NCBI GenBank assembly: GCA_030704615.1
Contig: CM060731.1
Location: forward strand, 75,888,001-75,952,000
DNA from: Takakia lepidozioides
Taxonomy: Eukaryota; Plantae; Bryophyta
Direction of reading: 5' to 3'
Length of the DNA stretch: 64,000 nucleotides
This document shows, one piece after another, positions 25,889 through 40,151 of this stretch. Below the pieces are notes generated by a model. That model had not been told where the DNA came from, searched no databases, and saw nothing but the letters and a program-made list of their open reading frames with translations. Position 1 is the stretch's first letter. Every line of letters starts with the position of its first letter. The translations under genes were made by a program, and so were the position numbers.

Positions 25889-27059
25889 TTATAAAATATT
25901 TTGGGGGGCAAGCCCTAGTACATTATTTAGGATTATTTGGTGCTTTTTTATTGCTGACTTTCGTTTTTAATCATCTTTTATAAAAAACAAAAATCATCTC
26001 TATGTTTTTTAAGGAAAACAATGTTTTTTAAAAGCGTTATTAAAAAGACGGAAAAACATTAAAACACCCGAGGCATCTTTTGGTGGTAGGTGCACCGCCC
26101 CATTCTCCCCAAAACAAATAATTAGTAATTACCAATAATTAATCATTATATCACTCTTTTTTTTTCTGAAGAAGAACAGGGGACAGTGGCCATGGAAATT
26201 TATTAATGGATGATCGGAGATACAATGAAGTGGAAAAAATAACCACCCGGAGGCCGTAAAGGCTTACAGCGGGGATACCACCCCGTGACCAAAGAACCAA
26301 GAAGAAGAGATCAAAAAATGCACCAGAGATCAGAAAGCAGAGAGAGAACAAAGAGCAAAGAGCAAACTGAAAGTGTTTGTCTTTCAAAGATCGCAAGTCA
26401 CGGAGGGAAACCAAGAGCAATACTAAGGGAAGAGAATGAGAAAAGCACTGAAGCTGCGAGATGTGCAAAACTAAGTGTTGAGACCAGAAAGAAAAAACAT
26501 AAGTCCTACATGCCTAAGAACAACCTACTGGTACCCTTAGAAATGAAGTTGAGCTCTAAAACTGCCTCCATACCTCCCTTTACACATCCTTGCTGGAAAA
26601 CCAGTTTTTAGGTTTGGATTTAGAGTCCCTTGCACGTTTGTGGCACCAATTGAAGTCATGTTCCTCCCCGTCAGCTGGAGATCACCCATTGGTGGGGGGA
26701 GGTGTCTTTCCATTGCATTGCAGTGTCGGAAATACGGGTGCCGAGGAGGCCATTCTTGCACCAGGCGTCATCAAACCTCTAGAGAAGCTGCAACCTGCGC
26801 CGATCTGAAGCTCCGGGAAGAGCTGCACACAAGGCCAACTAGGCTTTTTTCCCCTCAATCATCCCGGTCAATATACACAAGAAATAATATTGATCTGAGA
26901 CTGGGGGGTTTGCCAAGATAGATCCATGCACATCTAGATTTCCACATTGCCCACAGGGAGTGAGCGCGTAAACAACCCCGCACTGGGCAATGAAGCATAG
27001 GTTTTGTCCTGCCTATAATTCTTCAAGTACTCAGTCAGATTGGGTTACACTCTACTCTT

Positions 27060-27489
27060 ACCAAAGAGAAACTTTGTACGCAAATGGTGCAACAAATGGG
27101 CTCACTTTCTAGGCCATCCACTCACTTGGAAACCAGTGTGGGATGATATCTAGAAAAAACAGAGATCAACCAAGGTGACTGCCTTTTTATGGAAGATAGC
27201 TAATAGAATTCTCCCGAGCTGCTATGTTCACTGACCCCCGGCTTCGTGTGCTTCTTGCAATCAGCAAGCTCCTGAGGATTTGGAGCATTGTCTAGTAATA
27301 TGCCCATTTGCTCGGGTTATTTGGGATAAGGCCCATGTTTTAGATTCCTTTTGGAATCCCAATTTGGCTTACTTTGCTTCTGCCTTGTTGTTGAATGTTG
27401 AAGGTAATCAGGTGTTTTGCATTTGCTCTGTGTGGGAATCATTGAGAGGGATCGTCTTGTGGAATATATGGAAAATGAGATGTGCATGA
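27060..27489 (+). mobile_element. L1-clade LINE remnant (zf-RVT C-terminal region)
   Basis: WKPVW...KVTAFLWKIA...CASC...EDLEHCLVICPFARVIW...LWNIWKMRC, interrupted by stops. Confidence 0.7.
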
Positions 27490-27659
27490 GTACTTTTCCA
27501 GAACGTGAGGCGTTGTATGGAGATCATAGTGTTGGCATTGGGCTCACTCAGACCTCAGTTTTTGATTAGTTTATATTGTTATAAGCTGCTGCCAGATGTT
27601 CCCTTCTATTCTAGTCTCTTTTTAACCGAGCTCCAGTATCATCATGTTGACTCGTGCAT

Positions 27660-29259
27660 GGATTGCGACTCATCCATCTACATCCCGATTGACCAAACCC
27701 GGTCGATGCACAACTTGAAAGTCATACTCCTGGAGTAGGAGTGCCCACCGTGCAAGCTTCCCCGTAAGCTTGTCTGATTCCATTAACCACTTGAGTGGCT
27801 GGTGATCCGTGACAAGGGTGAAGAGATTGTCGTATAAATAGCACATGAAGTATGTCACGGCCCACACTGTAGCTAAGCACTCTCCCTCATATGAGCTATA
27901 CTTAGTCTCTGCAGCATTATTCGAGCGGTTAGTATAAGCCACTACGAACTTTCTTCCCTCATCATCCACTTGTGTGAGCACCGCTCCAAGCCCCAGCATG
28001 CTTCAATCCGTATGTAGCTGAAAGGGACGCCCCCTGATAGGTCGTCTCAAGATGGGCGCCGAGGTCAATCTCGCCTTGAGCTCTTGAAAAACTCGTTCAT
28101 GTTCATCTTCCCACTGCCACTCCTGGTCCACCTTGATTAGCTTGGTTAGAGCCTTTGCAATGGCACTAAATCCTTTGACAAATTGTCTGTAATAGTTTGC
28201 CAACCCCATGAAAGTTCGAATTCGGCTCACATCTGTGGGGCGTGGAATTTCTGCAATGGCCTTTATCTTAGTCTGCTGTACCCCCAATCCTCCAGGATAT
28301 CAATCTGGTTGTGGAAAAACTTGCACTTCCCCGGATGCAGTTTCAATCCGTGCGCTCTCAAGCGCTCAAATACCACCTAAAGATGTCTTTCATGCTCCTC
28401 CACCGTAGCACTGAAGATGATGATGTCATCTATGTAGCACCGAGCAAACTCTACCCCTGCTAGAATCATGTTCATGACTCTCTGGAACTCTGTAGGAACG
28501 TTCTTAAGCCCGAATGGTAAGAATCGTAGGCAATCATTCCCGTGCTCATTGATCCCCCAGAATGTCGTCTTCTGCTTGTCCGCCTCCTTGATCGGCAACT
28601 GGTGATATCCGGATCGCTAATCCAAATTGCTACAGACCTTAGCATGCCAAATGGCATCAAAGATCTCATTTAGTGTGGCATGGTATACTTATCGAACTTG
28701 GTCTGACGATTTACAAGCCGGTAATCACCGCACATAGGTCTCTCCGTCCAATTGTCATAGACATCATTCTTGGCTGGCATCACTGTGAAGCATACTCTCC
28801 ACCAGAGAGCTCCACCAAACCTGCCTCTCAAAGGTCTTGAGTCCTCATCTGAATCAAAGACCTCTCCATGTCACTGTATCTATAGGGTCTCCGGAAGATT
28901 GGCGTGTCAGTGGCCAACTCAATGCGAATTTCCTGACCCTTTAGTGCTCCCAAGTCCTTCAAACTGAAGGCAAAGCAATTCCTATAAGCCCTCAGGAATC
29001 GCCGTATACGCCGTCTCTCTCCTCCGGTGACAATGGGTCCAATGTCAGGCTCCCAATTATCCTCCGTAACTGCAACCTTAAGTCCAGTGGGCTTAGAGGT
29101 AGAAAACGCGTCCCGTGGTTCTGCAACCTCTTGAGCAAAGACCACGGCATGCTCTGTCAGTGACAAGGCCTCATCTTGCCCCATCATCTCATCCTCGAAG
29201 ACTTCCTCAACCCGGGAAAAATCCCCAACCTCATCCATCACCGCCGCCTTGACTGCCAA
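27660..29259 (-). mobile_element. Degenerate Ty3/gypsy pol (RT + RNase H)
   Basis: PIFRRPYRYS, LPFGLKNVP, CYIDDIIIFS, FMGLANYYRQF, LHTD, GLGAVLTQ, YSSYEGECLA, TDHQPLKWL and LARWALLLQEYDF, with multiple frameshifts and stops. No LTRs were identified. Confidence 0.9.
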
Positions 29260-31395
29260 CTCCCTCTAAACCTCGAGCATCTCCCACGTGTGCCATGGAT
29301 ACCTACACCCCGTGGTCCTCACCTGCTTGCCCCCACTCACTGCCTGTACCATCTCGGTAGGCAAGGAGGCTGTCAAGGAAAGTGTAATGGGAGAAGTTGT
29401 CCGCAACCTGCGCTGCTCAGCCATACTCAGGCTGATGATCCAGGTCAAGTAATTGAGATCCATTGTTTGCCCCAACACCTGACGACTTGATGCCTCAGAA
29501 AGAAATGGCACTGCCATGGTACCAGTGGTAAAACCCATTGCCGGCTCACGCTCGTTGGCATTGGGCTCACTAACGGCTACAACTGGGCATCCCACAGGAG
29601 GCCAGATCCACTATCCCGGAAAGCATGCGATCCTGGGAAGCTTAGCAGTGTAGGTAGTAGCTCGTGGTTGACCCACCTTGTTGACCACTGCCAAAAGGCG
29701 ACCGGTCATCCAGGACGGCCCTTTTGCAGCCTACACATCGAACAATGAAATCATTTCCACTGATAAGACTTGTACACATAAAAGAGAAATGTTTGAAAAA
29801 AAAGATGGTAATAGCCTGAAATGAAATACCAGAGTGAAGAATGAGGACAGTGTCTCCCAGGTAAGGGACTTCTCCACGCCAACTCCTTTCCTCCAGGACG
29901 CCATCATGTCCAGGAAGCCCTCGTTCACAGTTTGTTGAAACTAAGGACCAACCACTCTGCCGGGGTGAGGGATGGCCTTGTATGGCCACTCAGACAGCTT
30001 CAGCCCCTTCAATCCCCCTTGAGACTTCTGAGCTGCTTCCCCATGGGCGGTGCCCTTATCTTTCTCCTTAGCATTTTTCTCTTTTTTTTGCTTCGGGCTC
30101 GGATCAGGCATTGATTTTTTTGCTTTCAAAGCCCGGTGATCTCTCAGCATCACCTGTCTATCCGACAGAGGAGCCAGAGCCTCGGCGTTATCATTCAGGT
30201 TACGAATGACGTAATCCTCCGACCGTGTGGATTCTTTCGGGCAATCCAGAAACTACCCGCAATCCTTCAAGTGCGATTTGCTCCAGTCTTTAAGAATACC
30301 TGATGTGTACATGGTTGTCTCTGGCGCAGTCTTTGCCCACCCATCGATGAAGAACGGATGGGAGCTAAGATGGCCACTGAGAATCATCACAGTGTAGATG
30401 TGCCTGCAATAAATGAAGAATAGAATGATGTGAAGCCATATAAACAGGGACCGGAAGACAAGACAATCTAGGTGTAGTCTGGCAACTTTGAAAGGCCAGT
30501 GGACTAGAGTGATTCCGTGTGGTGGAATGAAAATCTTGTTCAAGCTTGCGTTAACGCAAGCCTGAACTTAGGCCAACACATACACCCCAGTACATACCAA
30601 GATAATTAGGCCGACTTGTCCACGGATGGAAAACAGAAGATCTTATTTTTTCTGGCTCGGAGAACCTTGTTCTTCTACCTTCATGGCTTTCTATAAGGTT
30701 ATTTTTCCCTTACCTATTAATAAAGTTTACCAGGGGTACAATCCCCCTGTTCTTTAGAAAAGAAAAATCAATTTTTTGAAAAAGAAAACCATTCTGGCGA
30801 ATGCCTTGGGGAAAAAAAATCCAAAACATCCAATTGCTGGGGCTGGTGGGAAAAAAATCCATTTTGACCGGGAAAAATAATTTTCATGCCAGAAAGAGAA
30901 AATATCAGAAAAGACGGCTAATTAAAATACCAGCAGGTCAATAGTATGTAGATGGATGGATCCAGTATTCATTCATGATTGCGGTATTCGTCGGAAGAGT
31001 ACTGCTCGTCAGCGGACGGAGCCCTTGGATGAGGAGTAACCATCCATCTGACGGATGAGTAAAAGTAACCCTACCGCGGTGACATAGCTTTTACCGCACT
31101 TCACTATAACGGGGCTAACTGGGGCTGGTTGTGTTAGCGGTGTTAGCTACAGAGAGGGCAGCACGTTGGCTTTGCTGGTTTGCGAGCTACTGAACTACCC
31201 TGCCTGCCATCCTTCGCTTCTCCATCTGCTTGCTCATGCGCTTTCTCTGAGGATTCTGGGGTCTCGCTGGATTGCTTGCCATCAATTGGTTTCTGTTTCG
31301 CTTGGTGGGTCTGTGAGGGCGGATTGGGGTGTGTTGTGGAGGTGGGTTGAAGCTGTGCGTGGAGATTAGGGCTGTAGAGTAGGTGTTCTTGCTCC

Positions 31396-34300
31396 ATGAC
31401 CCCCTCCCCGATGTCCTCGACCTCGCCATCGCGATCGCCGCAAACCTCACCCCGACCTGAGGCTCCACAGACCTTGCCGCATGAGCGGTCCTTGCTGTCA
31501 GTGGGATTCAACCAGGACCATGGATGTTTCTCATGTGGCACGCAGACGGGATTTCGCATCTACAACTGTGACCCCTTCAAGGAGACGTTTCGGAGGGAAT
31601 TCGATGGTGCGGGGATTGCCATTGTAGAGATGCTATTTCGGTGTAACATTCTGGCTCTGGTTGGGGGCGGCAAGGCGCCTCGATACTCGCCTAACAAAGT
31701 CATGATTTGGGATGACCATCAAAGCCGGTGTATTGGTGAGCTTTCCTTCAGGAGTGAGGTTCGAGCGGTTAGATTGAGGCGGGACCGGATTGTGGTTGTT
31801 TTGGAACACAAGATTTATGTTTACAATTTCGCAGACCTTAAGCTTCTTCACCAGATTGAGACCTTGGCCAACACCAAGGGGATTTGTGCGCTTTCACCAG
31901 CATCGAACTCGTGTGTTCTTGCTTGCCCTGGGCAGCGGCGGGGCGAGGTCCGGATTGAATTATACACTCTGAAGAAGACCCGGTTCTGGCAGGCACATGA
32001 GTCATCACTCGCTTGTATGGCGCTTTCTCTGAACGGAACTTTGTTGGCGACGGCCAGCACCAAAGGCACCCTCATCCGCATCTACAGCACGGTGGATGGC
32101 GCGAAATTGCAAGAGGTTAGCGTTTGGTGATCCTATGTCTTGATGTTTCTGTCGTTTGTCTACTTTGCTTTGTTTATCTTTGCGGCTTTCCGGATCTTTC
32201 AGACGCGTAAGTGGTCGTCAAGGATTCATACGCAATCCTTATTCTGGTTGTCCATCAGCATGAAAGGTTACACAAATTTAGTGACTAACGCCCTTTCGCC
32301 CTTTCGGAAAATGAGATTAAGTCAGCCGTGATACAGATTATGGGTGTCGTTTAAACACATACATGATCCTGGATGCCAGAATTGAGGCACAAAGGTGTGC
32401 ACAAAGATGCTAGGGTTTGCCATAATGGATCCTCATGCAACTTCTGGCCTCCCTAGGATATGAATCAGTGTTCCAGAGGAGGCTGTGGCTTGTCCACGTG
32501 GGGGCTAGGATTTTCATTACGGTCTTTTACATGGATAGACTTTGGAGGAGTCTGGTTTTAATTGGCGCAGTAGCAGTTGACCTAGTACATTCCCTGAACT
32601 AGTGGATTACTGGTCCAACCCCCTTTGCTAAGTAACCATGGTAGTTGTCAGGTCAGTTTTCCTAGCTGGTGTCTAAGGTCCTAGAAATTCGTGTGAGTCT
32701 CAGTCTTATGTGGTGATCAGGCATTGGGCGATGACCCAGTCATTGATGCAGATTCATCGTTTCAGCTTGTAAGCCTGCAGTATCAGCCTCCCCTCCTCTT
32801 TTGACCTTCGTTCAAAGGATTTGTTTGTGAGGCTAGCCTAAATCCAGTTCACCAGAGGTCAGCTGCCTCAACAGAACGGTGTCTCAGAGCGCGAAAATCG
32901 CACTCTACTTGAACGTGCAAGGAGTATGGTGAATTTATGTCTCATGCTTTCACCAAATATCTCCATGAGCATGGGATTACACGGCAGCTCAGTCAGCCTC
33001 TTCGGGAAATGCAACAAAGGGTAGAAGAGTGCATGCATGCCCATGGATCAACCTTGCGTCAACGCAAGGTTGAGGCTTCATCTGCCCAGAGGGAGGAGGG
33101 CCACATGTAATTTCATCGTAGCTCCTTAATCAAGGCTCTTGTATTGCCCAACCATAGGCCACTTTTTTTATATCAGAACCAGCATTTGGGGTGAGACTGA
33201 CAGATTCCGATATAGAGAGTTGCATCTACAGAGTGAGAGAAAATGTGGCCGGTGAGGAGGGAGAGGCAAAAAGACAGACTGCTGGATTCCACTACATTTC
33301 TTTAATCTCCAAGGCGTGCATGTGGACAATTCCTCAATGGATTGACAGTCATAGGAGGGATATAGAAGCATCTTATTGTATAGATACTAAAGAGCCCTGT
33401 GGTTTTGTGAGCAGCTTCGGCGAGGAGCTGACCGAGCTGACATTTACAGTATCGCTTTCTCAGTAAATGCTCAATGGCTGGGGCTCTCCAGTGACAAAGG
33501 CACAGTTCACGTGTTTGGTCTGAAGCCCACAACTGAAGATGCACGTGGTGATGCTATGGGTATGGGCACCTCAGCCACTGGCAACACCACGCTACCATCA
33601 TCAGGGGGCAGTGGTGGCAGTGGTGGCAGCCTCCTACTGGCTGGCTCCTCACTGTTGTCCTTTGCAACCTCCAATGCTGGCTCCTCTCTTTCCTTCATGA
33701 AAGGTGTCTTGCTCTCGCTATCTATTTTTTGCGTTGTCTTCTTGTCTCATGAGCTCTTGGGGTTTCCCTCTCTCAGTTGTGGCACAATTGGCTGAAGGCT
33801 GATCATGGTTTTGAGTTGATGTTGCCAGTTATCGGTTGAACTCAGACAAAAAATATGCTGACAGGGAAGACACGGCTTGTTTTGAGTTCATGTTGGCAGT
33901 AATAGGTTGACTTCAATTAAAAAAATATTGACAAGAAAGACATGCTGATGTGACAGGGGTGCTACCCAAGTACTTCAGTTCAGAGTGGTCTTTTTCACAG
34001 TTCCGGGTGCCTGAGGAGACTCGTGCTATTGTTGCATTTGGACCTCAAAAGAACACGGTTATTATTGTGTGTGCGAATGGAAGGTATGGAAGAGCTCTCT
34101 CTCTCTCTCTCTTTTTCTCTTTAAACCCTGGTGGGTGCGAACCCCACGAAAGGCTCCGGAGGGTTAGTTTCCCACGGGGTCAATGGCTGTAAGGCTATGT
34201 CAAGCCAACATTCGCAGGGAATGGCAAGAGTACATTCTCTTCTCTTGACATTTTTGCAAGAAAAGCAAAAGTAAAAATGTCCAAGATCAAAAGCCAAAAA

Positions 34301-34771
34301 CCTCGGTTTTGAAGTTCTTCACAATAGTGTGATTGACTCCTTAACTATAGAAGTGGGTTGGACTGATGACCGACAACTCTACTAATGTTGATATTGGTAT
34401 CACCTGGAGTTGTAAAGTTCTGGTATCCCACACCCTGGACAATAGCTTAATACAGCAGGGGGGAGTGAAAGAGGCATCAAGATAAGACTTTGACAAAATG
34501 CACTTCAGGTCACAAATAGCAAATGTGTAATAGAGGATTAATGTGGGTAACCTACAGCATTGTGTAGAGTTACCATTTCCTTCATCATATGATTGTGAGG
34601 TTATTTTGGAGGTGGTTTAACTGTGCCTTTTGGGTTTGTTTTGTGTGGTTTGTCCGTGGCTACAGTTACTACAGGTGCTCATTTGATCCAGTACAAGGTG
34701 GAGAGATGGTCCAGCAAGAGTATGAGCGGTTTATGAAGCATGAGGAGGTGGAGGAGGTGGTTACTGTGTGA
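31396..34771 (+). CDS. ATG18a: Autophagy-related protein 18a-like (PROPPIN WD40), 4 exons, about 413 aa
   Basis: Exons 31396-32115, 33415-33703, 33957-34083 and 34666-34771 are in frame. Motifs are [35 protein letters not shown], the phosphoinositide-binding [14 protein letters not shown] and [11 protein letters not shown]. Confidence 0.95.
32860..32998 (+). mobile_element. Ty1/copia integrase micro-fragment in ATG18 intron 1
   Basis: [23 protein letters not shown] followed by [17 protein letters not shown]. Confidence 0.7.
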
Positions 34772-36587
34772 TTCTTTGGACAGTCCTGTAATTCTCAAGG
34801 ACAGTCTATTACTCATCGGTACAGTGTATTTTTCAATCCTAACAGGGAAGGTCTGGTTCTAACATAGTGGGCAAACACTTTCGAAAGCATGGAAGCCTCA
34901 ACTCCCTCTGTCACATAGTTCAAAGCATGGTACATCATGAGACCTCGCCGTGGGATTCTTCAGTTATATGCAATGGTCCACCTTCAAGAGGATATGCAGA
35001 GCTACCAAATAAAGCATCGGTTGTGTCCCAGAGCAATATTTCATATTCTAATCCTAGACTAAGTCAGCAGTGTGATTAGGATTGAGAAATCGAGGTCCAT
35101 GGAATGGTGGAACCATCTTCCTGCATTGCTGTTGTGGTGGGCTGGAGCATTGCTCTGCCATTTTCTTTTCTTTTGGGTGTGCTAGATGTATATACATGGA
35201 GAGCTGTCTAGTTACCCAGGTTGTGGCTTAATTCTGAGCATCTTCTCTTATCCCTCTTGGTTATGTCCGTACTGTGCATGGGATCTATGGCCACAAGGCT
35301 ACCAAGTATAGTTCATTTGTCCCTCTCTTAGTGCAGGGGAGTGGTGTCAGGTCTGAAACGGGGACCATCCGCAAAATATGTCTGGATGTAAAACTGGGAA
35401 CTCCTTTTCCCAGTCTTTGTACATGGGAGGGTTTGTGATGCATTTATATCTCGTGTGTGTGTCTCTGTACCGGGCATGACCACAGTGACAGGGACAGCAG
35501 CAATGGAGTTTGCCGGGGCAGTTTGCCGGTTACCGAACAACCTTGTTGATCCGGAATTGTAATCTCATGAGTGGGGCTATCAGAGGGTTTTGGGACTGGT
35601 AGTAGGAGGGGTTTAATTCATTTAACAGGTGGAGACAGTGAACTTCCCCCTTCCTGGGTTGTAAATACATCTATATATGATAGATAAAAGCATTTCACAA
35701 GCTACTCTGTATTGTTTATGATGTTCTTTCATAGTAGGTTTCTCTTCCTGGGGCTATTTTGTTCCTCATACTCTTCCATGGTTTTGTCTGTCATGCTAGG
35801 TTTCTAAAACAATTCAAAAATTTGCATGGGTACTTTAGGTTTCTGGACTCACAAATGATGGAAGGATGAATTGATAAGTAGACGAAACACAGCAGCTTAC
35901 TCCACACTAATGGTAATCACTATATTCTAGAATATCTCATATTTTGTTGTAAAATCTGCACCTCTGGCCATTTTTTCATTCATATGTAAGAACATCTTAC
36001 TCTTAGCCACCCCCATGACACCCAACCCAGATCTCACCATTCACTGCACAGAAAAATAGGTATTGTGACAATTGGTGCGCAGAATAGGTGCTTTTCACAA
36101 AAGAAACAAGAAACCCTCAAATGTGTAGTCGGCCCTCTCACAGTCATTGTCCACTAGAGGAGCAATTCAACCACATATGGTACACATGGCTGGTGTTGTC
36201 ACCATATTGATGTGAGATCAGTCATTCAACACTTGTGTAACATATGACATGCTGACATATGGACCATGTAAGTTCCAATCTGTCACCTTCTAGTTGTTAT
36301 ACAACTGACTGCCCAAAAAAAACGAACCAAACGTTTGCCAAAGTACCCATTCGGTGTCACATCGAACATGCGGTTTGAATTCATAACCACTAGTGAGGCA
36401 GCTTGTGTCCTTACCACAGGCTAAATATTGGGTGTTGGGATGTATGACACACTATTTAGACACGTGTCTTTGCATGTGAAATGGAAGGCCTCTATCCCCT
36501 TTTTGTAGGAAGGAAAAAAAAAAAAACTGATGGTGTTTATAGTGACATATCACAACATAAGTTTCAATATTATATATCAGTATATAT

Positions 36588-39525
36588 CAGTGTTGGACTG
36601 GTATACCTGGTTGGACCTAGGAATACAGGTATGAATATATATATTGAAGAACATTCCAGTCGGGTATGAACGAACCAGTGTACCCATGTCATACACGTAT
36701 TGGGGGGGGTACGTCGTTAGGATTCCCCCCCCCACACATACCATACCAGTCTGGGTATGTGCAAGTGCAGTGTGGTCACGATACCAACAGTATTGCGGCA
36801 ACTTTATGGTGGACAGAGCTGGGTATCAATATGGCGATGGCATTAGATTTTTGCGCCTATGCTGCAGTAGGGTGCGGCTCCTTCAATGAGCAAAGTAGTG
36901 GCTGCGGATTGCAATATTCTAGTCTTTGGCCTTGCAGCAAACAATCTGCCTTCATGACGACTCTTAGGGACGTACATGCTATGTGTATGCAATCTCGGCA
37001 GGTGATTTTCTTCTTTTGGGGTCGGCTTCTTCTAACCTGGATCATTCTTCTGCCAACGATTATGATTGTGTTACAAATTCTTCTGCCAACGATTATGATT
37101 GTGTTACAGCCCACCTGCTCTTGCTTTGGAACTAGAGATCAGAACTCCAAAATGCCTTGTTAATGTGTACTGATTCTTTTGTTAGTTTGGTGGCTGGTGT
37201 CAATGCTTAAATGGTTTACCCTCACAGTCCTCATACTAGCAGCCCTCATCTTCACTAGATAGTGAATTGAAACTTTAGTAGTGGTCTGCCTAAGCTTTGC
37301 AGGGGTTTCCCTTAAGTGGCCGTACTTTTTGGGATACTGTAATTTTTGTTGGGATGGATCAGGGCATATCTTTCAGTGATTTTGAGGCTTGCATTGGGGA
37401 TGAAGCAGGTGATACAACGCTCGTAAATGAACAACAACATAGTACTTGCACGACCTCAGAGGTGTTGCAGCCTACCGAAAGTAGGAACGAGATTCAAGCT
37501 GCGGAAAACCTAGCGACGTGGAGAGTCCGGTATGCATCTCTTGCCAAGAATCAACGCTTTTGGGCACCATACCATCGTTCAAGTGATGTTTGGGCATTCT
37601 TTCTTCTTCACGATCAGAAGTCTGTTGTTGATGTGCAAGTTGTGCAAATAATGAGGTGCATTATTTGCCACAACAACTACTGTACTGAAGAGCCCTCACA
37701 GAGTTCCCAGAGTACCACCAAATCTAGAAAAGGGCTGGTGCAATATAACCCTTCTCATGGGAGCTCCTCCATGAAGAAGCATCTCCTAAATGAGCATCCA
37801 GAGGACTTTGCCAAGTACAAGGCGGAGTCACAATCTACTGAAGGTGGGGTACAAGCAGGCAGAGTGAAATGCAAGAAGCGTAAGTCTGTTGCTCCATTTA
37901 TGATCACGGAGTATTTTGGTGGCCAAGGGGGTTACAAAAAGAACGACCTTCCTCAGCTGAGGTTCATTGAGGACTTGGTCCTTTTCATTGCAAAAGGCTA
38001 TGAGGCTTTGTCAACTGTGGAGTCACCTTGGCTCCGTAGACTAGTAATGCGCAGGGACCCTAAAATTCGTTTCCCAACCCGCAAACAGCTGGTTAAGGAA
38101 TACATCCCAGGTCTGCTTGCCAAAACCATGGAAACCTATGTTTTGCCTGTCCTAGGTAGTTGTGCAACTGTCACTGTTACATTTGATCTATGGATGTCTA
38201 GGACAGGGTTTGATACATTCACGTTCGTTGTGAATTTCATTGATGAAGAGTGGATGCCAAGACATGACACTGTAGGCTTGTTCGAGGCTCCTGATACAAC
38301 TGGGGCTGCCCTAGCAGAAATTGTTAAACCCCTGTTTTCAGATTTCCAATTGACAGAAAGTAATTGCATATGTCAAAGATGAGGGTTCCAATACCCTAGC
38401 TACAGCCTTGTCTTCAGTGGTTACATGTGCTCCTTTGCAACTTGCACAACCATTTGTAGGTGCTTGCTTTGGACATGTAATGTCCAAAGCCTGCTAGTAC
38501 GTGACAAATGACACAAAACTTTGTGTCGGATTGAGAGAAGTCTCCCTCAAAATATGCACAAGCAGCCTTGCAGAAAACAATTATCTAGACTAAGAAGTCT
38601 GGCAAAGGTAGACAAGAGTGGGACAAGGCTTGTATAGAAGCAGGTCTGCCCACCCGGAAGCTGAAGACTCCTGTCAAAACTCGTTTTGCAAGCAAAGTTG
38701 TTCTCTTCCAAGAAAGTCTTGAATACGCCGACGCTATCAATATCTGTTACCGGAGACAGTCTCTCCATCTACAAGCTAGAGTGCCATCTGGCTTGACGTG
38801 GGCAATTGCCGGTGCTGTTACGGAGACTCTCACACCAATTGTGAAGCAATGTGTTTTGAATCAGACAAGGGGATAGTGGCTCCTTTCTGATGCACTACAT
38901 GCGGCAATTGCGATCAGCATTAAGCTACAGGGAGAGTTCAATCGGAGAACTCATGTCAGCCACCCCTGCAGTGCGGGGACTTTGATTCAGAGCTGGAGAT
39001 TTTATATGCTCGCATGGCAGCAGAGGCGGCGAGTGTATTGCAACCATTTCTTTCTTTTGCATGTGCATTTCAGAGTGAAAAAACGCATAACATGATTTCT
39101 TTCATGCTCAACCCTCGATACAAGGGTTTACAATGCATCACGGAGTTTCTGGGTAGGGACAAAGCCAAGATAGTTGTCTCTGAATCCTATAAAAATGCCA
39201 TGATTCCGTTGCTAGTCAAAGTGTTTAGATTTTTGAACCCTCCTCATGGCAACGACGGTCCGCAAGTTGCAGATTGCCCCATGGATTCCTTCTTTGATGC
39301 TCCAACATCGGCAGAGGAGGCTTCTGAGGCCCTACTTGTATCGGAATTATCTGTCTTTCGTCGTCTTGCTGTGTCGGAGGAGGAGGCTGTCAAACCTTTG
39401 ACTTGGCGAAAGGACCATGCAGTTCGGTTCCCAAATGTTGCATTTTTTGCTAGGCCGATTCTTGCCATACCTGGATCTCAGATTGAAACTGAGAGAATTT
39501 TTTCGGTTGCCGGATTGCTCACAAG
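36588..39525 (+). mobile_element. Degenerate hAT transposon (BED-like Zn finger, DDE core, dimerisation domain)
   Basis: VWAFF...CIIC...MKKHLLNEH, VTFDLWMS, KTPVKTRF and FPNVAFFARPILAIPGSQIETERIFSVAG, with frameshifts and stops. A possible left end cagtgttgg lies at 36588; no right TIR was found. Confidence 0.85.
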
Positions 39526-40151
39526 CACTTCCCTTTGGAGACGAGAACCCTCTTGATGCTCAAGTGGTGCACTTCAGGAGCTGAGGTGCGCACTTCAGCT
39601 TTAACAAATAAAAATAAAAATAAAAAATGGATACGGATGATCTAGGGCCTCTTTCTGCTCTAGGGCCTAACACTCTTATTCATCCATACGGCAATGAATC
39701 CATAGATCATAAGATACATGGTAACATGAATAATATTCACCACTTTCATTCAAAAAATTGAAAGAAGAAAGTTGACTCATGTTGAAGCAAGCGTAACATA
39801 TGGTGTTACTTTAGCCCAAAGAGTTATTGCCTTCCTTTTGGAAAGTGGACACCGTCTAACAACCATAATAGGTTGGCCAAACCATCCCAAATGACTCAAA
39901 AAGTCCGAAGGTACCTACGTATTAAATAACCATCAACCCAATTATCACAATTTTATAGTTGGATGCTATAATGGGTAACATCCAATGTCATAGTGTATCT
40001 ATGTAGTTTTAAGGACCACTTGTAAGGCAGTCTTATTAACCACAAGACCATGTGTTGGATGTTGAGTATTTGAACTTGAGATCCCCGTGCTACAATGTCA
40101 TCATTCATTAGAGACTAACCAATACATCTATTAGTCCATCATGTGTTGCTC

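Noticed and set aside
29266-30543. ORF pieces upstream of the gypsy pol
   Set aside because: They could be gag or accessory remnants, but no recognisable motif or LTR was found.
37045-37108. 33-bp tandem duplication in the hAT 5' region
   Set aside because: An ordinary local duplication with no evident function.
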